Below are positions 56,292 to 64,000 of a stretch of DNA of 64,000 nt, piece after piece (position 1 is the first letter of the stretch; every line of letters begins with the position of its first letter). The notes under the pieces were generated by a model, which saw only the letters and a program-made list of their open reading frames with translations, was not told the DNA's origin and made no database searches. The position numbers and the translations under genes are program-made. Location of the stretch: the IMG/VR virus record IMGVR_UViG_3300012211_000004, positions 742 through 64,741 of that record; one strand, 5' to 3'. Origin of the DNA: a virus (taxonomy: Duplodnaviria; Caudoviricetes).

Positions 56292-56489
56292 ATGTCTAGA
56301 ATAGACATAACAAACGAGCAATTAAGCCTAGATGAGGCAGTAGAGCTTATCAATGCTGCTATTGCAGAAGGCGATGCAAGCAAGGCGCGACGGCTAGAGG
56401 TGCTGGTGAGCGCATTAGGATCTGATGAGCCGAATTGGCTCAAAGAGCAATGGCAGGAGTGGCAGCAAGAGCAGGGAGGGGGAGCATGA
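56292..56489 (+). CDS. Hypothetical protein
   Basis: AAGGAGG RBS. Confidence 0.65.
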   Translation: MSRIDITNEQLSLDEAVELINAAIAEGDASKARRLEVLVSALGSDEPNWLKEQWQEWQQEQGGGA

Positions 56490-56719
56490 GTAGCAGGCAG
56501 TATACGTATAGTGAAGTCTCATTCCTCTCTACGCTTGAAGAGGCATATGAGCAACAATTCCATGGCCATGGCGAGCGCTTCATGAGAGAGGATGTTGAGG
56601 AGTTTGCCAGGGGAAGATGTGAGATGACATTATATTGTGATCTTGTCGCGCATGGAGATATTACATTCGCGCTTGATGGAGAGATAGAAGGCATAGCAGT
56701 GCCAGAGGGAGCGTCATGA
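56486..56719 (+). CDS. Hypothetical acidic protein
   Basis: ATGA coupling at both ends. Confidence 0.6.
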   Translation: MSSRQYTYSEVSFLSTLEEAYEQQFHGHGERFMREDVEEFARGRCEMTLYCDLVAHGDITFALDGEIEGIAVPEGAS

Positions 56720-56823
56720 ATAAAGTAGAGATTGCATGGATCGTGCAGGTGGCGATAGTAGTGGTGATGCCATGGGCTTTGGATGCTTTGCGCAGGAAAG
56801 GGAAAAGATTATGGCGACTGTAG
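56716..56823 (+). CDS. 35-aa membrane peptide MNKVEIAWIVQVAIVVVMPWALDALRRKGKRLWRL
   Basis: GAGGGAG RBS, ATGA coupling. Confidence 0.55.
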   Translation: MNKVEIAWIVQVAIVVVMPWALDALRRKGKRLWRL

Positions 56824-57359
56824 AAGCAAATCCTGGTAGTGGGGCACGTGGGCAGAGACACTGGATACCGCCGCTTGCACTAGCAATCATAGGCTGGCTG
56901 GCAATCATATTCGGGGTTGCTTGTATCACCATCCAATTGCAGACGACAGAAGGCAACCTGCAAGGACTGGCCTCAATCGATGCTTATAAGCCGAATATCC
57001 TGATGTTCTTGCAACCGTGGAACATCTTTTTTGGAAGCATGGCCTTCTGGGAACGTGGCGCGGATATCCTCGCTTGGATTATTGAGATTGCTACAGGCAT
57101 CTTCATTGTTGGCTACAGCGATGCTCTTGATGTTTCAGGCTCCAGCGGCTGGGTCATGCAGAGGTTCTGGCTTCTTTCGTCGTGGGCACTATTCGCGTTC
57201 AATTTCTTTTCGGACTACAAGTACGGCAATGTTCCAGGTGCGGCTAATGCGGAATTGGGTCACTTTGAGTTTGCTGTTGGTATATCGGCAGCCGTCTGCT
57301 TCTTCCCGATTATCGGGCTTCATTTGATACGAAAAGCGAATACAACGTCTAGAGGCTAG
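56811..57359 (+). CDS. Four-TM membrane protein (Spd-like accessory, inferred)
   Basis: Four hydrophobic helices; directly upstream of the FtsK-like ATPase. Confidence 0.7.
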   Translation: MATVEANPGSGARGQRHWIPPLALAIIGWLAIIFGVACITIQLQTTEGNLQGLASIDAYKPNILMFLQPWNIFFGSMAFWERGADILAWIIEIATGIFIVGYSDALDVSGSSGWVMQRFWLLSSWALFAFNFFSDYKYGNVPGAANAELGHFEFAVGISAAVCFFPIIGLHLIRKANTTSRG

Positions 57360-57368
57360 GAGAGTGAC

Positions 57369-59075
57369 ATGGATAAGGAATTAACCGCACAGCAAAGCAG
57401 TCAGGTCGCACAAGTTGGAGGGAAGCATAACATCTTCCCTCACACTCGCGCAGGTTGGGTGATTACTGGCGTCACAACGATTGGGAGTATTATCGTTTGC
57501 ACTGTCTCGCAGTTTGATGGCGGGGCCGTGCTCGGCAGTCTCTTTGTCACCCTCACTGTTTCAGGCTTTTCTGATGACGTCATTCATGCTCTGCTTTATG
57601 GGCGTCGTTTTCCTGAGCATCTGGCTATGAATAATGGCAAATCAGCAGGAAAGTGGTTTCAGGAGTCGGCATCCGACTTTGCAGAGCGCTGGCTGGGATT
57701 TGAACGCAATCCTCACAAAGGGGGAAGTTTCAAATCCTGGGCGGCCCGCTGGCTGGGAATGCCTGTGTACGATGAGCCGCCGACGGTAGAGGGGACGATT
57801 GTTGTTGAGGAGGACGGGCAGCCAAAGGATGAGCCTATGGTGGCTGTTCAGAAGATAGTAGAGCAGAATGGGCGTTTTCCTGAGCCTATCGATATGGCAA
57901 TGGTTGTTGAGCAAGGCTTTAAGCCATCCCGTGATGGTATCTTGCTCATGAATACCAATAATGGACATGCAACAGAGAAGATGAGCAAGTTGCATCATAT
58001 TGGACTAGGGGGGTCAAGTGGTAGAGGCAAGACAAACACGACGCGCTTGATTGTGTCTCAGTTGCTCGCATGTGGCGCAAAAGTATATATGGTCAATCCG
58101 AACTTTGCGCCAATCAAACAGAATGGCAATCGTTTGGAAGATTGGCGGCCTATTGCTGAGAGGTTGCAAGAGCCTGTGGCACGCAATGCGGATGATATTA
58201 AGCGATTGCTCAATCATTTCATGAAGATCTTTGAAGAGAGGCGTGAGCGCGAGCAATTGACTCCCAAACGTGGGGCTGATCTCTTCTTAGTCTTGGGCGA
58301 ATGGCCTGTCATTGTTGAGGAATATCCCGATGCTGAAAAGATTATCGGGCGTTTACTAAGGCAATCCCGCCAGTACGGTATCCATATCATCGCAGAATTC
58401 CAGGATGCCCTCATCTCTACTATCAAGGGTAGTGGTGGCACTCGAGCAAACTACGGAACAGCGTTTTTCTTCGGTGGCGACGTGACAACTGCCAAGACGC
58501 TATTAAGCCTGACTGATGGTGTCAAGATCGACAATACGGACCTTGGAGATATGGGAGCTGTCTACCTCAAGAGTTTTTCATCACAGGCTATCCCGGGGCG
58601 TGTGCCATTCTTCAGCAACAAAGCGCTCTACATGCTGTTAGGGTTTCCGAAAGATCCAGTAACAGACGAGCTGGTAGATGAGGACGAATTCTACGAAGAT
58701 GAAGAGGACGAGGAGTCACTCTCGGAACGTGAGCAGTTGTATGAGGATGTCCTCAAAGTCTGGGGAAAGGGAAAAAGATCGCTCTATGAGATACAGGCTG
58801 CTATAGGGCTTGGTTCTCTTGAGACGGAAGCGCTTCTGCAAGAGATGAACGAATGGGGATTGATCGTGTGGCGCAAAGAAGCGGAGTCCGTCCAAACAAA
58901 GGTCTTGCCTGTCATCCCCGAAAAAGGAAGGCGTGCAGAGGAGATTGATATCAATGCGGCAATTGCTGTGTATAATGCAGGCAATACAAGCAGATATCAA
59001 CTTGCAAAGATATTCGATCTTAATGAAAATCAGGGAAGACGGCTAAAGGAGATTATTGAAGCGCGTGCTGAGTAG
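57369..59075 (+). CDS. FtsK/SpoIIIE-family DNA translocase, TraB-like
   Basis: N-terminal TM pair, HIGLGGSSGRGKT Walker A, degenerate Walker B FLVLGEW, RQSRQYGIHIIAEFQ, C-terminal HTH-like segments. Confidence 0.8.
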   Translation: MDKELTAQQSSQVAQVGGKHNIFPHTRAGWVITGVTTIGSIIVCTVSQFDGGAVLGSLFVTLTVSGFSDDVIHALLYGRRFPEHLAMNNGKSAGKWFQESASDFAERWLGFERNPHKGGSFKSWAARWLGMPVYDEPPTVEGTIVVEEDGQPKDEPMVAVQKIVEQNGRFPEPIDMAMVVEQGFKPSRDGILLMNTNNGHATEKMSKLHHIGLGGSSGRGKTNTTRLIVSQLLACGAKVYMVNPNFAPIKQNGNRLEDWRPIAERLQEPVARNADDIKRLLNHFMKIFEERREREQLTPKRGADLFLVLGEWPVIVEEYPDAEKIIGRLLRQSRQYGIHIIAEFQDALISTIKGSGGTRANYGTAFFFGGDVTTAKTLLSLTDGVKIDNTDLGDMGAVYLKSFSSQAIPGRVPFFSNKALYMLLGFPKDPVTDELVDEDEFYEDEEDEESLSEREQLYEDVLKVWGKGKRSLYEIQAAIGLGSLETEALLQEMNEWGLIVWRKEAESVQTKVLPVIPEKGRRAEEIDINAAIAVYNAGNTSRYQLAKIFDLNENQGRRLKEIIEARAE

Positions 59076-59160
59076 GTGGGTAGGCGAGCCCGGCATTTAG
59101 ATTTCAAGCTCAAGATGCCAGCGGATAAGCCACCCGCCCGACCACCTACCCGCCCGCCTA
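59073..59160. repeat. 4-bp-phased C-rich repeats after the translocase gene (candidate clt)
   Basis: CCACCCGCCCGACCACCTACCCGCCCGCCTA (59130-59160) and inverted TAGGTGGGTAGGCG (59073-59086). Confidence 0.5.
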
Positions 59161-59247
59161 TTTGATGGAAAGGACGTTTGATGAATTATACATGGAAAGA
59201 CAGACTAAAAGACTCAAGTTGGGTAACAATCGCCTGGGAATGGCTGT

Positions 59248-59375
59248 TTCTGTACAGTACGGAACCTGACAGTACAGTCAAATTGGCAACAAAATAGCAA
59301 AAATGCAACTTGTCTCTTGACAGGTAACAGAAATGAGAGTATTCTGTACAGTACCAAACTTGACTGTACTGTACA
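59248..59375 (+). promoter_or_regulatory. parC-like centromere: two repeat clusters flanking the parMR promoter
   Basis: TTCTGTACAGTAC..TGACWGTACWGT at 59248 and 59342; TTGACA(59317)-17-TATTCT between them. Confidence 0.75.
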
Positions 59376-59384
59376 TATCTACTA

Positions 59385-60497
59385 GTGAAAGGGAATCCAG
59401 TGAATTATCACACCTATCCGTATGGACATGACTATGGTAACTCTAAAACATGTGGCATCGCCTACATAGGCAGTAGTGTTTGTGCTCAAACTATGCCAAG
59501 TGCGCTTTATGAGGGATCGCAAGAGGAACTAGAGAGCATGTCAATGGGCGGAGACCTACGTCAAACAGGGACGCTTAATGATCGATCGCATATCATCAAA
59601 GTCAATGGCAATGAATTCTATGTTGGAGACCTGGCAATTGAGCAAGCTCCATCAATGAACATTGCAGAGTTGACTAGCCGTGGTGACATCACGCGCTATT
59701 GGAGTGTTCGCAGTCTAGCGATGCTCCTAGCAACGTCAGGAACGGTTATCAAGGATCGTGAGTATGGCTTGATCATTGTGACTGGTCTGCCGATTGCGAC
59801 CCACAACGAAGAGAATATCCAGGCCATTAAAAATGCTCTCGAAGGCGACCATGATTTTATCCTTGATGGCGAAAGACGTATAGCCCATGTCGCCGTTAGG
59901 AAGATCATCATGGAAGGCTCTGGTGCCAACATTGCGCATGGCGCTATCGGCAAAGTAAAAGCTGGCATTATCGACATTGGAGGACGTACAACTGACATTT
60001 ATATGGTCAGCGGTCAGACGCCTATCAAGGATCAATGCAAGTCGTTTGATATGGGCGTTGAGTCTGCAATTGATAGCCTTATTGAAGCTTTTGAAAAAGA
60101 GTTTCGCTATCCGTTATCTGCTGGCGATGCCGCCAAATTGCAAAACTGTTTTGTTGATACAAAGTCCTATGATTTTGTTGCGACTGTCAGGAATGCAGGG
60201 GCTAATCACCAGAGAGTAGACGCACTCTTGAGCAAGTCTTTAGGTGAAGTTGGCAGAAAGATTTCAGGCTTCATTAAACGGTCTTGGTCTAGTTCTCTGC
60301 GCAATGATGTTGTTGCCAGCGATGCTGAATACGTCCTACTTGTCGGGGGTGGTGCATACTACTTTGAGGAAGGTATAAGAGCCCTCTTCCAAAATCGGCT
60401 ATCTCTACCTCACAAGCCAGAATTAGCGAACGCAGCAGGTTACGCCAGACTTGCACTCCATTTCTCTAATCGAGATCTTAAAGAGCAGGTTTCCTAG
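59385..60497 (+). CDS. parM: Actin-like partition ATPase (ParM/StbA family); start may be GTG 59400
   Basis: GHDYGNSKT, VTGLP, MEGSGA, IDIGGRTTD, LVGGGA, ANAAGY actin-fold motifs. Confidence 0.9.
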   Translation: MKGNPVNYHTYPYGHDYGNSKTCGIAYIGSSVCAQTMPSALYEGSQEELESMSMGGDLRQTGTLNDRSHIIKVNGNEFYVGDLAIEQAPSMNIAELTSRGDITRYWSVRSLAMLLATSGTVIKDREYGLIIVTGLPIATHNEENIQAIKNALEGDHDFILDGERRIAHVAVRKIIMEGSGANIAHGAIGKVKAGIIDIGGRTTDIYMVSGQTPIKDQCKSFDMGVESAIDSLIEAFEKEFRYPLSAGDAAKLQNCFVDTKSYDFVATVRNAGANHQRVDALLSKSLGEVGRKISGFIKRSWSSSLRNDVVASDAEYVLLVGGGAYYFEEGIRALFQNRLSLPHKPELANAAGYARLALHFSNRDLKEQVS

Positions 60498-60499
60498 CC

Positions 60500-60781
60500 A
60501 TGCCAAGAGATACAGAAAAGAAGTCGTACATCACGGTAGCTGTCAATAAAGATAGCGATTTGATGAGGCAATTGATCGAAGATGAAAGGCGTAAAGGCAT
60601 CCCAAAAAGCCACTTAATCATCAATTATGCAGATGAGTATGTACGCCTTTTCATCCAAGGAAACACGGCCCCTCCTGTCACCCAAAACGTGACAAAGGGA
60701 CCGCTTCTTAATCAGGAAAATGAAGCCATGATCACCAGTGATATTAGTGACGATGATCTGGCAGACGCCTATGGAGACTAA
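60500..60781 (+). CDS. ParR-like adaptor
   Basis: Small ORF 2 nt after parM; RHH-like N-terminus and acidic disordered tail. Confidence 0.7.
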   Translation: MPRDTEKKSYITVAVNKDSDLMRQLIEDERRKGIPKSHLIINYADEYVRLFIQGNTAPPVTQNVTKGPLLNQENEAMITSDISDDDLADAYGD

Positions 60782-60782
60782 C

Positions 60783-60938
60783 ATGAAACTAGCAACCTTT
60801 GGCTTTCTCATCTCAGCTATCATCTTTGGATTTTGGCTAGCTGGGAGAGCCGATGCCTTCCTAGGTGGAATTGCTCTAGGCGTATGCGGTACGTGCGTGA
60901 TAGCTCAGTTGGCAAGCATGATGAAAGAAAGGAGGTAA
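60783..60938 (+). CDS. Small two-TM membrane protein
   Basis: GGAG RBS; hydrophobic helices. Confidence 0.6.
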   Translation: MKLATFGFLISAIIFGFWLAGRADAFLGGIALGVCGTCVIAQLASMMKERR

Positions 60939-60943
60939 AAGGC

Positions 60944-61123
60944 ATGGGTGAAAGCATAGAAGACAAAATAGCTGAGTGCCGACAGCTTTGCAAGCAAGTG
61001 CAGGAGTATCAAGGGCCTGGAAGCAGTGAAGATTTTTCAGCGAAAGTCTTGCATGCTGCAGAGGCATTGATAGAATTGCAGCATGCAGGAGTAGATACAA
61101 GTGGATTGGTGGAAAATGAGTAG
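60944..61123 (+). CDS. Hypothetical protein
   Basis: AAAGGAGG RBS; terminator at 61131-61154. Confidence 0.6.
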   Translation: MGESIEDKIAECRQLCKQVQEYQGPGSSEDFSAKVLHAAEALIELQHAGVDTSGLVENE

Positions 61124-61240
61124 CGCGGTCGCCCTTCGCAAGAGGGGCTTTTTTGTTGCCTTGAAACTCTTGTTCCTTGACACGGCGTCGGGGTAATGGC
61201 AAGCTTGTCCTAGTCGTGACTAGACAGGACAGGAGTAACC

Positions 61241-61897
61241 ATGCAACGATACTATAATGCATCTCAAGCTGCAAGAGAACTGAATGTCCCTGATAAAACG
61301 ATTAGGAGATGGCTCAAGCAAGGACTGTCAGGCAGATGGCAGCTTACAGCAGTACGAACAGAGTCTGGTCAGCTTGCCATAGCCACTTCAGATATTGAGA
61401 GAATCAAGCGAGAACGTGAACAGGACCGCATGCGCTTTGCAAAGCCAGCAGGACTAGGCATGTCTAATCTGGACGAGGGAGACTTGCCTAAGCAGGTAGA
61501 GTCACTTACACAGAGAGTAGGCGAATTAGAGAAAAGAATTGCAGAACTAGAGAGCACTCTATCGCAACAGAACATGCCTAATCTTGACTACCAGCAACCT
61601 CTAGGCATGCCTAGTCCACAACCATCCTCTCATCCATCCTCTCCAAAGCCACAGCCTCACAAATCGATTGTAGCGCCTGCTGAAGACGACATGCTCTCAG
61701 CTAGAGACTTTGCTACCAAGATCGGCATCGAATACACACTCCTGGACGGCTATGCACGACGCGGTATAGCTGGTGAAAAGATGGATGTTACTGAGGTGCC
61801 TACGACGAGAAAGGGATACTCACGTAAGTATTTCAACCCCACTCAGCAGGAACGAGCGATAGAGCTACTTCGAAGACACGGCAAGCTACCATCCTGA
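61241..61897 (+). CDS. MerR-like HTH / coiled-coil / second HTH DNA-binding protein
   Basis: YNASQAARELNVPDKTIRRWLK; VESLTQRVGELEKRIAELE; LSARDFATKIGI. Confidence 0.8.
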   Translation: MQRYYNASQAARELNVPDKTIRRWLKQGLSGRWQLTAVRTESGQLAIATSDIERIKREREQDRMRFAKPAGLGMSNLDEGDLPKQVESLTQRVGELEKRIAELESTLSQQNMPNLDYQQPLGMPSPQPSSHPSSPKPQPHKSIVAPAEDDMLSARDFATKIGIEYTLLDGYARRGIAGEKMDVTEVPTTRKGYSRKYFNPTQQERAIELLRRHGKLPS

Positions 61898-61940
61898 TCT
61901 GCTGTGGTATACTGGATAAAAATTCCAGGAGGACCAAGAA

Positions 61941-62120
61941 ATGGAAGACAATGGCTTTGATGAACGCGAGTTGACCGATGAGGAGCTGCAGGCTGTCTAT
62001 GGTGGTCTCAGCGTCTCAGATCTGCTGAATGTTGGGGACGTGACTACTGTGCTCGATAGGGTAGCTGTAGGCAATGTCGTGGCACCCATCAGCATTGCAG
62101 GGAACGATCTTTCCCTTTAG
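61941..62120 (+). CDS. 59-aa double-glycine-leader peptide precursor
   Basis: MEDNGFDERELTDEELQAVYGG|LSVSDLLNVGDVTTVLDRVAVGNVVAPISIAGNDLSL; AGGAGG RBS, upstream TGTGGTATACT. Confidence 0.85.
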   Translation: MEDNGFDERELTDEELQAVYGGLSVSDLLNVGDVTTVLDRVAVGNVVAPISIAGNDLSL

Positions 62121-62133
62121 CTTCATCTGCACG

Positions 62134-62168
62134 AAAAGAGGACTCCAAATAGCGGAGTCCTCTTTTTT
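62134..62168 (+). terminator. Intrinsic terminator
   Basis: AAAAGAGGACTCC/GGAGTCCTCTTTT stem plus T-run. Confidence 0.85.
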
Positions 62169-62184
62169 ATGAGGAGGGATACCT

Positions 62185-62454
62185 TTGAACGATCAACATC
62201 ACACCTGGAATGATGGCCCGGCAATTCGCACAAGAAAGCGTCCTTGTGGATGCTACATCACGAAACGGACGTTCATCTTATGCAAGAGAGGGCAAGATCT
62301 CAAGAAAAGCGTAGATGGCTGCTACGGGCTATGGCAGTCGCACAAGGATAAGCCTGTAGATAAAGCAATCATCCGTGCTCTATTCGATAATTTTGGCATA
62401 CATAAGAACGCGTACAGAGGTCATGTGATGAGAGGAGATGAATGGGCGGGATAA
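62185..62454 (+). CDS. Hypothetical protein
   Basis: GAGGAGG RBS, TTG start, PCGC motif. Confidence 0.55.
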   Translation: MNDQHHTWNDGPAIRTRKRPCGCYITKRTFILCKRGQDLKKSVDGCYGLWQSHKDKPVDKAIIRALFDNFGIHKNAYRGHVMRGDEWAG

Positions 62455-63061
62455 CGAGAAACGCCGCTTCCTCTGCCAATCAATGAAAGCGGCGTCTCTC
62501 GAACATGATTTGAACGTGTCGTGACAAATATCCGCCGGTCTCACACGGTTGCTATACACATCTACACAACCCTATCATCAATACCGCATGGCCTTTAGAT
62601 CATGGCTCTATTATATCTATATCAATCATACATGTCTATAGTTTCCTGATGTATTTTCCATGTTACACAAACATTGACAACCGTGAATGATGTGGTATAG
62701 TGTGATACATGCATTTGATTTTGTTCTCAATTAGAAGGGGCATCCTAACAGTGATCGCATACATACTCCAACGTGGTGATATGCATGCGAATCGAACACT
62801 TTCACCACGAGGATCGATAGGACGGGGACGCAAGTCTTTGCGCGATCCGCAAAAAGGCAGCGTAACTGCGCCACGCCAGCATACTGCTGGTTTTATGGAA
62901 CATATGCAGCAATGCGGTTCCTTGCCCGGCTAGGGCCATACACAGAGCAATCTGTGCGATGTATTGCAGGGATGTGTGGGTAGTAGAGCCGCTGAGGCTC
63001 ATTCACACTGAAGTGCAGAAATTAACACGTTTGAACACGTTTTGAAAGGCAGAGATATACC

Positions 63062-63298
63062 ATGTCCAATCATACAGGCCATTTAGGCCATGCACACCAT
63101 ACTGCGGAAGATAGGCTGTTGACAGTGGCTGAAATTGCAGCAAAGCTTCGTGTTGATCAAACAACTGTACGAAGATGGATCAAGCATGGCACGCTAGAAG
63201 CCGTTTCTCTGCCACATGTGGGCAAGCGACAATCCTATAGGGTAAAAACATCTACCTTTGGCAAGATCGTAGATGCACCTGCAGAAGTGGCTGTATAG
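63062..63298 (+). CDS. Excisionase-like HTH_17 protein
   Basis: LLTVAEIAAKLRVDQTTVRRWIKHGTLEA. Confidence 0.88.
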   Translation: MSNHTGHLGHAHHTAEDRLLTVAEIAAKLRVDQTTVRRWIKHGTLEAVSLPHVGKRQSYRVKTSTFGKIVDAPAEVAV

Positions 63299-63310
63299 CA
63301 AAAGGGGCAC

Positions 63311-63348
63311 AAAGAAGGACGAATCACTGAAAGATTCGTCCTTCTTTT
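63311..63348 (+). terminator. Intrinsic terminator
   Basis: AAAGAAGGACGAATC/GATTCGTCCTTCTTT stem plus T-run. Confidence 0.85.
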
Positions 63349-63471
63349 TATGCTATAACCTTGCTCTACAGGCCAATCTATGCTATAATTAGCTCATCTA
63401 AATATTGGTTTGCCAGCGCGTTGGTGAGACAACCGCTGGCGTGATGATACGTGACTTAGAGGAGACGTACC

Positions 63472-63993
63472 ATGAGCGATACTATACCTGAATCTGCCAC
63501 ACAATACAATGCCTCTCATACCAAACAATGCTCAAGGTGTAGAGATTGGTTGCCTTTTAGTGCCTTTAGCGGGCATCATACAAAAAAGGATGGACTAAAC
63601 TGTTACTGCAGAAAGTGTAAAGTTAAGAATCAAAGAGAATCAAGAACACCGGAGAGAAGCAGACAATACAAGCTACGATCAGAGTTTGGTATAACTCTGA
63701 AGCAATACGATCGGATGCTTGAAGCTCAGGGTGGTGTTTGTGCAGTTTGTCATCAGCCTGAAACCCATCCAGATAATCACTCAAAAGCAAAACAAGCGAG
63801 ACGTTTATCAATAGACCATGACCATCGCACCGGAGACGTGAGAGCCCTTCTGTGTTCATCATGCAATGTAGCTCTAGGCAGAATGAACGAAGATCCTGAA
63901 CGAATACGGGCGCTCGCAGAATACGCGGAATGGTGCCAGACACGGGAACCATCTAGTAAGATCATTCAGCTTCCCTTGTTCTCGCAAGGCTAG
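63472..63993 (+). CDS. Endonuclease VII-family homing endonuclease
   Basis: FGITLKQYDRMLEAQGGVCAVC..IDHDHRTGDVRALLCSSCNVALG; own promoter TTGCTC-17-TATAAT at 63361-63389. Confidence 0.9.
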   Translation: MSDTIPESATQYNASHTKQCSRCRDWLPFSAFSGHHTKKDGLNCYCRKCKVKNQRESRTPERSRQYKLRSEFGITLKQYDRMLEAQGGVCAVCHQPETHPDNHSKAKQARRLSIDHDHRTGDVRALLCSSCNVALGRMNEDPERIRALAEYAEWCQTREPSSKIIQLPLFSQG

Positions 63994-64000
63994 CACAAGC

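Noticed and set aside
62709-62933. Leaderless 74-aa ORF behind the TTGACA-16-TATAGT promoter
   Set aside because: The promoter looks real but the peptide has no recognisable features; it may be leader or sRNA sequence
1-64000. tRNA/rRNA genes and stop-codon reassignment
   Set aside because: No cloverleaf was recognised by eye (tRNAscan not run); core genes are intact under code 11 and use all three stop codons

Overview
The window is most or all of a temperate long-tailed (siphovirus-like) phage that also looks like a plasmid. The host may be a mycelial Chloroflexota such as Ktedonobacteria, but that is inference only. The minus strand from about 31.7 kb to 1.6 kb is the late operon: terminases, SPP1-type portal, scaffold, capsid, head-tail proteins, tail tube, frameshifted chaperone, tape measure, tail tip and lysis genes. 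The region 32-54 kb holds a Xer-like recombinase, a DNA methylase, a prim-pol/SF3 helicase with adjacent origin repeats, regulators, an RNA ligase, an AAA ATPase and a second Rep with internal iterons. The region 54-64 kb (+ strand) carries a TraB/FtsK-like translocase with membrane proteins, a ParMR pair with centromere-like repeats, and a stand-alone double-glycine peptide. The most notable signal is that four free-standing homing endonuclease cassettes (2 HNH, GIY-YIG, LAGLIDADG) sit in late-operon genes or their ribosome-binding sites. Each is paired with a duplicated, usually diverged, gene end or RBS, and the displaced native end is left stranded on the far side. There is also an ORF-less group I intron in a tail gene, and two structural genes that appear to start at ACG and ATT. 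All calls come from motif reading by eye; no database search or folding was run.
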